This document shows, one piece after another, positions 36,764 through 50,316 of a stretch of 64,000 nucleotides of DNA (position 1 is the first letter of the stretch; each line of letters starts with the position of its first letter). The position numbers and the translations under genes are program-made. The notes under the pieces are model-generated. The model saw nothing but the letters and a program-made list of their open reading frames with translations, was not told the origin of the DNA and made no database searches. The stretch is taken from contig NC_043013.1 in assembly GCF_006345805.1 (NCBI RefSeq), positions 40,424,001 through 40,488,000 on the forward strand, given 5' to 3'. This DNA comes from Octopus sinensis. Lineage: Eukaryota.

Positions 36764-39593
36764 CCGTTCTAGTATACGGCGTGCATTTACATGGATGCTG
36801 CTCTGTTGATTCTTCGCTTCTCATATTGGAAATTTGTACCATTAGCTGGAACCGGAATTCTCCGTTTCCCGCAGCAACAAGACTGAATTTGAGCTCACAG
36901 CTGTAAACAGAAGAAACAATTCTGCAAGTCGTCTCGTCCGTCGCTACAACAATCCCACCAACCCACCCACTGTTTTAGCCTCTGGTAATTTTGTAATCGA
37001 CACCGATAGGATGAAAAGCAACACTGGTCGTGGTGAGATATTTACTCAGAGAGCAAAAGAGCCGGAGCAAATGCTGCAAAGCATTCTATCCGACATTCTA
37101 ATGACTCTGTAAATCGGGTTGTGTGGGTGTGGGTGCGCGCGCGCATGTGTGTTTGTGCACGCATGCGTGTGTGTGTGTGTGTGTGTGTGTGTCGCGCAGA
37201 GAAAACCAAAACATCCGTTGTTTGTGAATGAAGTCTCTTGAGGTATTTGTTCTGCGTCTAGCTACGGACACTTCCATAACATCATGATAGCTTTTGTTTT
37301 CTCTCTCTCTCTCACACACAACCGGATTATTTGACACCTACTATATGTATGTATGAGTGATCACCGACACCCTGTCTCTAATTTAGGCGTTTCAACTGCA
37401 TAGTTATTCGGAGGTGGGTTTGGCATGTAAAAAACATGATCGAATTCCAACTAAACTACCGCCCAAGTATAACAAAATTTTCATTCACCCACAACATACT
37501 GCTGAATGTAATTTTTCAGCATCTTAGAAATCCAATGGAACTAAATAATATTTAAATTTGAATCCCAAATGGTTTTGCAAGATTAATGGATATAAAAGTT
37601 TCTGAATGTGAAAATGGGACATAACTGTATAATAGCGCTATATGTCTAAGCCATTTGTCTTCATGGTTATCTCTTAAATTTATTGCCTAGCTTTCTTAAT
37701 TTCTCATAAGTTTCTCTTAAATTCACCTTAAAATTATTTGTAGAGTTTTCTATATCTTATATCTTATAATAATGGACTTCCTTATAAGGAAATAAACATA
37801 TATCTTATTTATTTTCCTGTTACCTTGTTAGTTTGCGAGACTAGAAAATAACAACTTTTTATGCTATTTTTTAAATTTTGTAAATGTACTTGATACATAT
37901 TGTATACGTTTTTAAAGCCATTAACCTCTAGCAGATAATTGCTTAAGGGTTTGAGGCAGCACTTCACAGGGCGGCCATCACCATTGATTTGATTTTGTAG
38001 CTCCTAAAAATTCAAGAAACCTAAACCGTTGGCTTTGTGATTCTCGGATTGTTACAAAAGAAACATTTTTATAGACGTTGGTTACATTAATAATTGTATC
38101 TCATTATAGATGTTTATTTTATTATTGTTGTGTATAGAGGTTTAATGGTCAAGTGAGAAATCTAATATTTTATTCATTGAAGGTATTCGTTGTGATTCTG
38201 GGGAAATCACATTGCCTCAGTTCAGTAGCTTGTCATTGATTGTAATTGTGTAATTGATTGTAGAATAAATACTAATGTTTTTCTGTTTTTATTAGAAAGC
38301 ATCAGTTTTTCGGTTTTCTCACCAACGTTTAAAACTCTCGTCGATATATATCATTCCCGAATATTTGACTGATACTTTATCGACCTCACAAGACTAAAAG
38401 CAAAACTAACGTCTCTACCAATTCGCCTTATACATACATACACACGCACACTTACCTACCTACCTACATAAATACATACATACATACATGCACACACACA
38501 CACACACATGATCAAAATAATAATGAAAGACGTGGACGGCAATTAACGGAAAGGCCTTCACCCCCCCCCCTAAAAAAAAAACCCACATGAATAGACACAT
38601 TTCATCAGACAACTTCTTATTCAGAGCCATTACAATTTCGGTCAACTGAATTAATTGCTCCTAAATTAACGTGTAAGTGGCTCCGAATTTCCACAGGCAA
38701 GTGTACCCTTAATATAATTCTCAGGGAGAATCAGTGTGACGTAGGTAAACGGAAACTAGATGGAAGCCCGTCGGCTGGATTATAAAAAGTACAACCTCAT
38801 CACACATTGTGTCAGGCTAATTTAGGAGCAATTAATTCAGTTGATCAAACGATTGAATCATCATTGAACGACAAAGGTCTGCCTCCACCACACACGCACG
38901 TGCACGCACGCACGTGAACGCGCGCACACAGACACACTCTCTCTCTCTCATGCACATACACACACACACACAAATATAGGGAACAGCCTTACTTTCAAAT
39001 GTGCTATATTAAAACAAGACTATTCTAATGTTTGCTTATTTTATCAAGAATTTTTCAAATTTCATTCTTAGTTCCTTATGTTATCTTTGAAAGAATTATC
39101 TTCGTAAATTTATTTATTCGTCTGATTTTCAAAAGTGTCGTTAATGGCTTGTTGTCCGTGTGGTCTGCAGTAAGTTGCAAAGGCGAATGATTTATAACTG
39201 ATACAATCATCAACTCTAGGTTTAAAGTTACGTTACAGATTTAAAATTATATTCACTAGCAGAAAGACCGCCCTTTAGCAGGTTTCTGTTAGTCGTTAAA
39301 TAATATTTTGCACTTTTGATTCCTGATTTGCGTAATTTTTCTGATATGTTACGTCTAATTTCACTTTGTATCCCCTTTCTTCGTCTTATAGCTCTCAATT
39401 CGTCCAATGAATAGATATAAAATAAATAAATTTAGCAAACACTCAAAGACAGTATTAGAATTTATGAAGAAACCAGGTATTATATCAGCCGCATAAAAAT
39501 ACTCCGATTATCGTATGCGTACCTATCAGAAGATTTCGTGACTTGGCATGACAGGCGACTGGAATGCACACCTAATATGTTTTGGAAACATCT

Positions 39594-39995
39594 TTTATCT
39601 CTTACATGTTTCAGTCATTAGATTGCAGCCATGCTGGAGCACCGCGTTTTAAATCGAATGAATCGACCTCAGCACTCATTTTAAAATCCGGTACTTATTC
39701 CATCAGTATCTTTTACTGAACCGCTAAGTTAACATACTAACACCGGTTGTCAAGCGGTGGTAGGGGAACAAACGCAGACATGAAGGCACACACATACGCA
39801 TACACACACTCACATGCACACACACACACACACACACGACGGGCTTCTTTCACTTTCCATCTACCAAATCCAGTCACAAGGCTTTGGTCGGCCTGATGCT
39901 ATTGTAGAAGATACTTGCCCATGGTTCAACGCATTGGAACTGAACTCAGAACTACGAGGCTGAGGCTGGGAAGCAAGCTTCTTATCACACAGTCA
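39594..39995 (-). mobile_element. tRNA-headed SINE (same family as 45566-45990), diverged
   Basis: Colinear: gtttcagtcattagattgcagccatgctggagcaccgc ... ctaccaaatccagtcacaaggctttggtcgg ... gggaagcaagcttctt. Confidence 0.8.
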
Positions 39996-40503
39996 CATAG
40001 AAAAACTTACTGTAGGTTCAAACCTCTGATTGTATAACTTACTTGGTTTGCATTAGTTTTCTTTTTATACTCATATTTCTACACTTTACAATTAATAACC
40101 TATATAAACACACAATTTCAGATGTTCAGAGATGGGAAATGACATTTTTTAATATTCTCGTTCATCATATGAACTACAGTAACATTACCATACTAGTCAT
40201 CTCAGCAAAGGAGCTAACTATTAGGAATATATGACAGATTTCACGCTGTACTTCTTATGTCTTGTAACAGTCTCTTATAAATGCGACAAATTTATATTTG
40301 GTACATTTGACGTTAGTAATTAAAACCACTTTTCTTCTTCGGCTTTCTATTTCGTCAACAACACCTGACAGATATGAAAAAGATACTGGAATCGACATAA
40401 TTTGGCTGACGTTGGATTAAAATTATAATTTAGAGAAATATTTTTACTGATATATTTGTAGAAAACTTCATAAATTGTATGGGAGAGAGAGAGAGAGAGA
40501 GGT

Positions 40504-40546
<43 letters not shown>

Positions 40547-41499
40547 ACGCTAACTACCTCGCAGCCATAAAAAACTCTATCCTGCAGTGAATTAAAATTA
40601 GTTTTCTGTAGTTGAAACTTTCAATAATAAAAAGATCCTAAAGAATACATTTTAATAAAAAATATATTAAGATTAGAATTCTTAAGAATTTTCTAGACAG
40701 CGTAGTAAAAGTTACATACTCATAATTAATGAGCAACTTTTTTATAGTATAGATGGCAACAGATACTCAATGAACAAGCTGATAGGCTTAACGAACATCA
40801 TAGTTACATCAACAATTCGACTCTGGGAGAGCGCTTGAACTGACTTGGTGTTTATACCTATATGTCGACACCGAGAAATTTTCCCCATGACAAAATATGG
40901 TGAATGGGCTTCTTACGGGATCAAATATGCCTCGAGCATATTTGAAATGGTAACAAGTGTTAAAAAAGGTTTAAAATGAAAAATATTTTCTAAGCAATAT
41001 CCGAGTCTGTATTTGCTGTCCGGCAATGTTTATTCAGACGCATTTTGTGATGTCGGGTGCGAAAATACCCTAAGCTAAGCCTGAAAGCAATGAAGTCCTA
41101 AAAGAATCACCCATAACTAGCAGTAAGCAACATTTATTAAAATAAAAGTATTCAGAACACAGAATAACATGTAACAAAAACAATTTGCAAACATATTTAC
41201 TTTCCCATATAACAGTTAAGAACATCACCATTATTGTATTACGCATGCGCGGAAGTGTTTGTTCGACAAGGTGCTGCTGGCTTAATTATGCACGAATTGT
41301 GCTTAATAGTTTAGCACTAAATAGTTCATCCTGCTGTTTGTATTGGCAGTTTGCATCATTACTGTGGCAAACAATAGATACTTAATTAAATACCAGTATT
41401 AAATGTTTAAACTACTGTGGGTCTTTACTAGGGTTTTTTATAAGCGGGACTTAAACCTGTACATTAATCTCCAGTAAAACATTTTATACATTACATGCC

Positions 41500-41852
41500 C
41501 ATAAAATACCTCGTAGATCTTATTCAGCTATGTTTAAACTTGAAGTTATATCATATGCTGAAGAGCATGGTAATAGGGCTGCTGGAAGAAGATTTGATGT
41601 TGACGAAAACAATGTCAGGTTATGGAGAAGAAATAAAGAGGAAATTAAACAGATGCCAAAGATAAAGAAGGTAATAATAAAGGACGTTACTGTATACATT
41701 TTTACAAACCAAGGACGTTATATAGACCTCTTTGACTCAAGTTAGAGAAGGGGTGCGTATTATACACAAGGTTTAGGTTTTTCAGAGGTACAGCCCCTTA
41801 AAAATCCCCTGCGTATTATACTCAAGAGCGGACTATACTCGAGGATTTACGG
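41500..41852 (+). mobile_element. pogo/Tigger-type transposon remnant (N-terminal HTH plus right TIR)
   Basis: FKLEVISYAEEHGNRAAGRRFDVDENNVRLWR is a Brinker/pogo-type HTH. The end ggactatactcgaggatttacgg+TA (revcomp taccgtaaatcctcgagtatag) is a pogo-like TIR. Confidence 0.75.
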
Positions 41853-42208
41853 TATATATATAGTCAATAGTAAACCTTTTGCTCGATCCGAAAGAGTGTC
41901 CACATGGTCACGCAACCTGCTGGAAATAGCAACCTAATAACCTGCTAATCATAAAAAGACATGAGTAACGTCGTTTTAGGATTACCGGTTATTCGTGAAT
42001 GATACACCTTTGATCATAGATCTGCTTCATCAGGATTGAATTGTTGACAATATTTATAGCTCCAATCGTAAACTGTTCTGTTAGCAGCTCAAATCGAAAT
42101 CTATTACCTAGGAAGGCCATAGGTGTACAGCAAAGACGCCACACATCTCTCTCCATGTTTCCCGAGCATCGGCTAAATTCATATTGCTTTAATTCGTATT
42201 TAAGACAG

Positions 42209-44139
42209 TATAGCGAGACACAAAGAAGCTAGTGCCATTTTGAAACAGCGAGATCTCGCCTGCAACCATTATTTAAGGAAAAGACATCTTCCCTCTCATT
42301 CTTCTCACGCTGACGTCGAGCAAAACGTCGAAGCCAGGAGCTCACAGCGGACTTTTTGTCCCGCTGTGATACCATATGCATTATCTCCAGAGGTTATTGA
42401 ACCTCACGTGTATGGGAGAGAAGGCTAACTACGCACTGCTGTGAAGATGGTTACTGAAAGCAAACCTCTTGTACGAAGCACCAGTGAATAAACGGTTTTT
42501 GAATTTACTCCGCCTGAGAACTTCATTCTTCGTATTTCCAGCTCCTTGAATCAACAGAATTATAATAGAAGATAACCCAAAAGTATCATAAAAACTTTCC
42601 TTCCAGGTAGGATTGCTCGTTTTGGTGTTCCAGCTAAAATAACTACTGACCGTGGACGCCAGTTCGAAGCTTCCTTATTTCGTGAATGATCACGAATCCT
42701 ATGTGTTCATCACATTCGTACGACCAGCTACCATCGAGCTTCCAACGGGATGGTCGAACGTTTTCACAGGCAACAGAAGACCGCTCTACGCGCCACTCCT
42801 GATCCGCAGTCTTGGACAGAATCCCGGCCTATATTTCTTCTTGGTTGTCGCACCGCCGTTAAGACAGAGGTAGATTTCTCCTCTGCCGAACTCCTTTACG
42901 GTACCACCTTGGCACTTCCTGGTACAATGTTAGCACCAGCCAATTCATCGCATCCTGATCCAACGTCGTATGCCACCAGACCTCCCTCGTATTTCTCGAG
43001 TCTTTCACCAATGTATCCGCGTGACCAATTTATTCCTTCTCACGTTCCACCGGACATTGACAAGTGGATTCATGTTTTTGTTCAGGATGATTCTGTCAGA
43101 GGACTGCTCGTTTCTCCCTATAAAGGACCGTTTCGTGTGCTATCGCGCACACCCAAAACTTTTAGTCTCGACATCAATGGTCGGGCAGATACCGTGTCAG
43201 TTGACAGACTTAAAAAGGGATATTTTGAGGTTTCCACATCTTTCGATGACATTTCGGCCACGCCCACTTTTGATCCTTTACAACCACCTCCACATCCACC
43301 CGCACATACACCTTTGACCACACTATCACCTACACCTACACCTTCGTCGCCAGAACCTAACACTAACAAACCTTATGTCACCAGGACAGGCCGTACTATG
43401 CATTGGACTAAAAAGCTTAAAACTATTTATATCTGACAATCTCTTTTGTGTTTCCTGTGACAGACAGTTGCTTTCTAGTGTTACTGAACAATTCCAATAC
43501 TCTGCCATTGAACATTTTGTCAAATTTTGTGCATGCCGATTTATATTTCTTGCAATTATTTTTCTTTTTGACTTGTCACATTTTTGTACCATATCTTGTT
43601 TGCGATCGGTTACCATCTTTGCTCTTTTCTTGTGCTTGCTCCAGTTATTCTCTATTTTCGCATTGGCGTTCTCAAGCGGAACCCCTGTACTGAGGCACAA
43701 AGAAGCCAGTGCCATTTTGAAATAGCGAGATCTCGCCTGCAATCATTGCCATACGCGAGATAAAAACGAGATCTCGCCTGCAACCATTATTTAAGGAAAA
43801 GACAACAACATCTTCCCTCTCATTATTCTCACGCTGACGCCGAGCAAGACTTCGAAGCCAGGAGCTCACAGCGGACTTTTGTCCCGCTGTGATACCACAT
43901 GCTTTATCTCCAGAGGTTATTGAACCTCACGTGTATGGGAGAGAAGGCTAACTACGCACTGCTGTGAAGATTGTTACTGAAACCAAACTCCTTGTAGGAA
44001 GCACCAGTGAATAAACGGTTATCGAATTTACTCCGCCTGAGAACTTCGTTCTTCGTATTCTCAGCTCCTTGAATCAACAGAATAATTATAATGGAAGAAG
44101 ATACTCCAAAAGTATCATAAAAACCTTCCTTCTATCACA
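42209..44139 (+). mobile_element. Internally deleted Gypsy LTR retrotransposon with both LTRs and 4-bp TSD
   Basis: LTRs 42209-~42605 and 43686-44139 (TG..CA at the 3' LTR). TSD ACAG at 42205-42208 and 44140-44143. The interior holds only the integrase C-terminal half: RFGVPAKITTDRGRQFEA..TTSYHRASNGMVERFHRQ. Confidence 0.9.
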
Positions 44140-44794
44140 ACAGAAATATTTAGCGAAACATTTCCTAATGTTTGTGATATTTAATAATGAGGGAAACTGT
44201 GTGTCGGATTACTTATTTTGTTAAAAATAAATGTTATAATAGCTGCCTAGTAAGTATATATATACACACATGAGTGGTTGCATCTATACATCTTGCCATT
44301 TAATAGCTTTTTAATAGGTCATGCCTATGAGTATCAACAACATGTTACAATTCAGCTTATATTTCAGTTAGATCATAATATCAATTCAAGTCAAAATATA
44401 CTCTTACTGCATATAAGTATCAACACTGTGTGTGTTAGAAGAAACGCTGTTTGGATATTTACTCGACAGCTCTTAAATTTGTAGGAAGGAAATATAGATT
44501 GTGCAGCGTACATTTTTAATAAAATTTAAGAAGCAGGTAGACTGATTATTTGTTATTAATTTTATTTCAATGGAATAAGTGAACAGCTAAACGAGTCATG
44601 AAGGGATACCGGTTACTCTAGTTGCTAGAAATAGCAGCAGAAATTCACTGAAGTTGGATCTTGTCTATAGCAAAGATGAAATAGTCATGGCTAGCTCTGG
44701 GATCAAGTGTAAGATGGCAGCACGGAACGTCAAGGCTACCTGCATTCGAAATATGCTTTTAGTAAGTTTATCTATATCAATCCTTAAGGCCTTG

Positions 44795-44968
44795 AGCGTA
44801 GCGGCATTTCGCCCATCTTCATGTTCTGAGTTCAAATTCCGCCGAGGTTCACTTTGCTTTTCATCCTTTCGGGGTCGATAAAATAAGTACCAATTGAGTA
44901 CTTGGGTCGATGTAATCGACTTATTCCCTCCCACGAAATTGCTGGTCTTGTACCAAAATTTGAAATTA
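44795..44968 (+). mobile_element. Nin/Deu-domain SINE
   Basis: gttctgagttcaaattccgccgagg..ttcatcctttcggggtcgataaaataagtacc..gtcgatgtaatcgact. Many further fragments of this family lie across the window (e.g. ~5510-5720, 6840-7200, 8290-8470, 13770-13930, 23160-23290). Confidence 0.8.
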
Positions 44969-45565
44969 GTATATCTATATCAACCCGACCTTATTCTATT
45001 AAGTCCTGTTTGTTGTCGCATATAGCTTGTTCCACCCGCTTAATATTCTCTACATGATGCCTTATATATCGCAAACTTTATTTCAAATCTGTCACCTGTT
45101 TTAATACCATCACCTGACTTTGGGTACCATTCTCGAAGTCTACTATGTTGCAGATTAGGTCTTTATGGATAATCCATGAGTTGTAGTTTCTTTCTCGCTA
45201 TCCACCCATCAGTCTCGGTGGTCATGCAAAAAGATCATACCAAACTATAATATATATATATATATATCGCCTGGTCGGAAATGTGGAGGGTAAGATTTCC
45301 TAGCATTTCTAGATTTATGTACCGGAATATTATGTTGATAAAGGAAATGAATCTTTGATTCTAATCCAGAAACGTACGTCCATAATGGACTGTTTGATTT
45401 CGTTATTTTTCTTCTTTTTTTTGCCACATAATGAGTTGCAAATACTGTTGTCTGTGGAGACATATTTTTGTAGTAAAAGAAATAACAGTTCTCTGGCTGC
45501 TATTTCTAATACTTTCGGTATGTGGTCTAGCAACTTGTTGCAAAGACCCTCTTTGTTATATTCTC

Positions 45566-45990
45566 TCTTTTTTACTCTTTTTACTCTTTTTACTTGTTTC
45601 AGTCATTTGACTGCGGCCATGCTGGAGCACCGCCTTTAGTCGAGCAAATCGACCCCGGGACTTATTCTTTGTAAGCCCAGTACTTATTCTATCGGTCTCT
45701 TTTGCCGAACCGCTAAGTGACGGGGACGTAAACACACCAGCATCGGTTGTCAAGCAATGCTAGGGGAACAAACACAGACACACAAACATATTCACACACA
45801 CTTATATATATATATATACATATATACGACAGACTTCTTTCAGTTTCCGTCTACCAAATCCACTCACAAGGCATTGGTCGGCCCGGGGCTATAGCAGAAG
45901 ACACGTGCCCAAGATGCCACGCAGTGGGACTGAACCCGGAACCATGTGGTTGGTTAGCAAGCTACTTACCAAACAGTCACTCCTGCGCCT
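45566..45990 (-). mobile_element. Near full-length tRNA-headed SINE with CORE-like block and (AAAAGAGTA)n-type tail
   Basis: Revcomp begins aggcgcaggagtgactgtttggtaagtagc with B box gggttcagtccc. It then has a CORE-like cttgggcacgtgtctt block and an internal (TA/CA)n tract, and ends in short tandem aaaagagt repeats. Confidence 0.88.
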
Positions 45991-47222
45991 ATATATATAT
46001 ATATTAGAAGAAATGAGGTAATCAGGAGATCGGATGGTTCATATTTATAGATATTTATTTATATATTACATTTTTTACATATATATATCATATCATTCAG
46101 ATCATATCATTCAGATTATTAGCGCTTTCTCCCATTCTAGTGGGGTTTTCAAATCAAATATATATATATATAATATAATATAATATATATATATAAAAGG
46201 AAGGAAGAAAAGAAAGTTCATGAATAGCTCCCAACGAAAACTTTCCCCACTTATCAACTGTTCGAACTAATTTCTTCGGCAACTATACTTGAGAATTGCA
46301 CATTAGTATTTCTAGGCCGGCATAAAAAAAAAGCCCCCCCAAAAAACCTTGGGTCTTCTCCAGCGCTCAAACTTACTTTAGAAGTGAACAGTATTTAACC
46401 CTTTACTGAATATAATAGTTGAACATTGACATAACTTCTTGTATTCCGGACTGTATTCAGAGAAATCGTTCAGTCAACAAACAACCAGATTGCTTAAATA
46501 TTGATCTGTCGTTGATCCACGTCTTTCTTAGTTTTCCGCGCTTATTGGTGAACATTCACTTGTTAATCTTATTCTAATTCTCGCAACCTTGACTTTCTTC
46601 ATTCCTATAATCTTACTAAATAATATGTGTATCCCTTTCTTCTTATAACTGATTCATTTTAAAATTGCTGATTTAAGCGTCCCGAAAAAAATAAATATAT
46701 AGAAATATAAACGTGGGTAAAATCTGAAATCTGAGAAAACTGATGATGACATACGCCGGTTTGAATTAGTCAATGGGGGAGTTTCTCTAAGAGTTTGGTA
46801 ATTTCAGCTGTTGTGGGTGAAAATATAGCGTTTCGTGTCCAGCCATGTCTTTCATATGAGAGAAAGAGAGAGAGAAAGAGAAACAGCTGATGTCATTTGG
46901 ATTATTAGTAGCAAACCATAAAGGAACTGAAGTAAAGGCGTAGTGGGACAGGCTTGGTGGCAGGAGTAGCTTAGACAAGTGTGGGGTGTGTAGGGAACGA
47001 CAACAAGAAGGAAGGTGAAAAAGAGTCACTGCTTCAGTCAGACGATGGTGAAAGGTGGGATTCAAGTAAGGAGAAAAAGGAGGAATGGCGACAGAGAGCA
47101 GACACACCTAAAAAGAGAGGCGCCCAAGAATATTGTTAATCTGGAATTGTCAAATAATTTGATCGTTAGTAAATAAGCATGCAAAATACCGTCATTTACA
47201 CACACACACATCTATCTGTCTG

Positions 47223-47257
<35 letters not shown>

Positions 47258-48603
47258 GGAAAGGATGCGTCCCGATGGTCAGGCGATCCATTTGCTGTCA
47301 ACACCCGTTAAAAGGAGGGCTGGGCATGCCGTGGTTGATGATGCGCAGACACGCGCTGAGACTGCGACATCTCTGGCTCTATGTAGACGACGGTGAACAG
47401 GTGTTGTCGCCGTTTGTGAGGCACGCTTTCCCGCAGCTCGTCTCCATGACCGAACTGCAGTCGTGGATCAAAAAGAGGCCGAGGAAGGGCGAATGGCACC
47501 GCGAGTGTCGCGTTGCTCTCAAGCAACTCTGCCGTCCTGGGTCGACCTTAAGTGACTTCAACACAACCAAAGCATTCTATAGGGGTTTAGTGGAGGGGAG
47601 GTACGACGACGAGCTCGGGGCGAACCTGGACGTCGACGAGGAGTACCTGACCCGCCTGTTCGGGACGACTTTCGGGCCAGGGCCCATGGACAACTTCCAG
47701 AGATCCCTGGCCTGGCAGTGCTACCGAGAAGCGCTACCCGTTCGGGATAAGCTCTACAGACACGGCTCGAGAAACACGGGGCCGACCTGCCCGAGATGCG
47801 GTCAGAGCGACGAAACCGTTCTGCACGCACTCGTTCAGTGTCCAACAACTTCCGACCTGTGGGCTTATGTCGAACAACTGCTGTCACGTGTGGGACGAGT
47901 CGGTTTATCAGCTGAGTCTATCGTCAATATTGTCACGCCTCCTTCCTTCAAACGGGAAGGAAGAGCTATTTTCATCATCCTTGTGGCTATGGCGAAAGAA
48001 TGTATCTGGTGGACGCGTCTGAAAGGATTGGAGACAAACACTTTCCTCTCTGGTCAATCTCTCATCAACTTCTTCAAGTACCACTTGAAAAGGAAAGTGA
48101 GAGTAGAGAGGCAAGTTTTGTCTAGCGAATGTTTTAAAAAAAGATGGGTGAATGTAGCAAGAATGGCACGTATGAATGACGAAGCCACCTTGAGCATGAT
48201 CCTATGAACCCAGAAATCGAAAACAGAGAGTTGCTTATTTGCAAAAAAAAAAAAAAAAAAAAAAAAAAAGAAATATAAAATGTGACTTCATTGACCGAGG
48301 TTACCGTGGTCTTTTCCGTAGGCTTTTCTTTCCACGGGTAAACCTCACCTGTCCTCCCCTTTACACTTCATATTGATATTTCTGTGATAACGATCCCTAT
48401 TGATCAATTTTTTTTTCCTCTCCCCCCTTTTTTTTTTTTTTTTTTAACCCCCCCCTTTTTTGTCCTCTTTCTCTCCTTTTACGATCCCTTTTGATCGAAA
48501 CCCCCCCTTCCTTTTTTTTTTTTTTTTTTTAAACCTTCAAAAGAAAAGCTCTACCTTGTAATTTGTTCTATCTGTGTGCAGCCCTGTGTGGCTAATAAAG
48601 AAA
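47258..48603 (+). mobile_element. 5'-truncated Tx1/L1-clade LINE inserted in a (TCTA)n microsatellite
   Basis: Uninterrupted frame to stop 48207 includes the C-terminal zinc motif CPRCGQSDETVLHALVQC. The 3' UTR ends gccctgtgtggctaataaagaaa. (TCTA)n lies on both sides (47223-47257 and 48606-48670). Confidence 0.9.
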
Positions 48604-48605
48604 CA

Positions 48606-48658
<53 letters not shown>

Positions 48659-48857
48659 CTATCTATCTATATAACCACGCTCAAACATATGTGCGTAGGA
48701 GTTTGCACATACATACACGCCTATATGCACATCTGCATACGTAAACACAATATAAATTACGGAATGTTCTTAATCTGATATTGTCGAATGGTTTGGTCAT
48801 TAGCTGTAAACCTGCAAAAATACCTCATTCACAGGCATACACACACACACATGCACG

Positions 48858-48892
<35 letters not shown>

Positions 48893-48895
48893 CAC

Positions 48896-48931
<36 letters not shown>

Positions 48932-49966
48932 CCACATCTACGTAGGAGTTTTCACATACGTACCAGCTTATATACACATTTGCAAACTTATACACAATGT
49001 AGATAAGGAACACTGTAGTTATGTTCATGTTTGGCACTTCTTTTACGTCTGTATTGTATTTGTGCTGTAATAGTTATTTTGCACGTGGCTACATATTTCG
49101 GAATAACCTTGGAAAAATATTTTTTTAGTAAAGCCAAATAAACTTTGTAATTCTATCGGCTATAAACCATCAATAGGCATAGTAGCATTGCATGTTGTGC
49201 AGTTTTGATTAGGATTAATATCAAACACTTCGCTGACTTGCAGTTGTTATTTCAGAGCTTGCGTGTGCTTGTTTGCATGTGCATGTGTGCGTGTGCATTT
49301 AGGAGACGGAAAAATCTTTTGTTTAGCCTGACCAAATTTAATTAGGAGAAAATATAAATACGGAATCCAAATTCGGGTCTACTTCTTTCACTTGACCCCT
49401 CACTAAAAGAGCACATCTGTCCGTTTCTTATTTCGCGTATGGCTTATCACTGTGCGACAACACAGCTTCCCTCCTCGTTACTTGTCAACACAGAGAGGTC
49501 ATTTTTTTACTCTAACTACGGAAAGGATAACAGAACTAAAAATAATCTGTGTACAAGAACAGCTCGAAGTTGTATCTTACATTATAACGATGAAAATAAT
49601 GGGTCATTTCAACAAATAATATTGTCTTTCCATTTTTTTTACTACATATAAATCGTTACATATTAAGAACCTTCCAATTCAAACTCAAATGAATATAGTT
49701 TGCTAAAAAAAGATATTGCTCTCTTCGATTTGTTTCTATATAACCTCGACACTTCCGCACATAAATACAATAAATTGTTCAAATTGAGAGTAAGTTCATG
49801 AATTCGTCTTATTATTTACAGACCCATTCCTATCATTTCTATGCTGCTAAGTACCGTCATGTGGGACAGTGGTTCTCAACCAGGGTCCATATGATCATTG
49901 GTGGGGGTCCACATAAGGTTCTGTTGTTAATATTTAACCGCACTAATTGGTTTATACTTCTACAGT

Positions 49967-50316
49967 GTGAAGGCGCATGACTCAGTGGTTAGAGCGTCGG
50001 GCTCACAACCATGAGGTAGTCAGTTCGATTCCCAGACCAGGCTGTGTGTTATGTTCTTAAGCAAGACAATTTATTTTCATGTTGCTCCAGTTCACTCAGT
50101 TATAGAAATGATTTGCAATGTCACTGGTGCCAAATTGTATCGGCCTTTGCCTTCCCTTTGGATAATATCGGTGGTGTGGAGAGGGGAGGCTTGTATGCAT
50201 GGGCGACTGCAGGTCTTCCATAAACAACCTTGCTCGGACTTGTGCCTCGGAAGGTAACTTTCTAGGTGCAATCCCATGGTCATTCATGACCGAATGGGGT
50301 CTTTACCCTTTTTTTT
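49967..50316 (+). mobile_element. tRNA-derived SINE (further family) adjacent to a hAT-like TIR end
   Basis: A box tgactcagtggttagagc, B box gttcgattcc, CORE-like ttcttaagcaagacaattt, T-rich tail. cagtggttctcaacc at ~49868 is a hAT-like TIR related to ggttgagaactactg at ~63309. Confidence 0.8.

Noticed and set aside
46787-47107. 106-aa minus-strand ORF in a purine-rich stretch
   Set aside because: Leu/Ser/Pro bias reflects the pyrimidine-rich strand; probably a decayed retroelement fragment, but no diagnostic motif was found.
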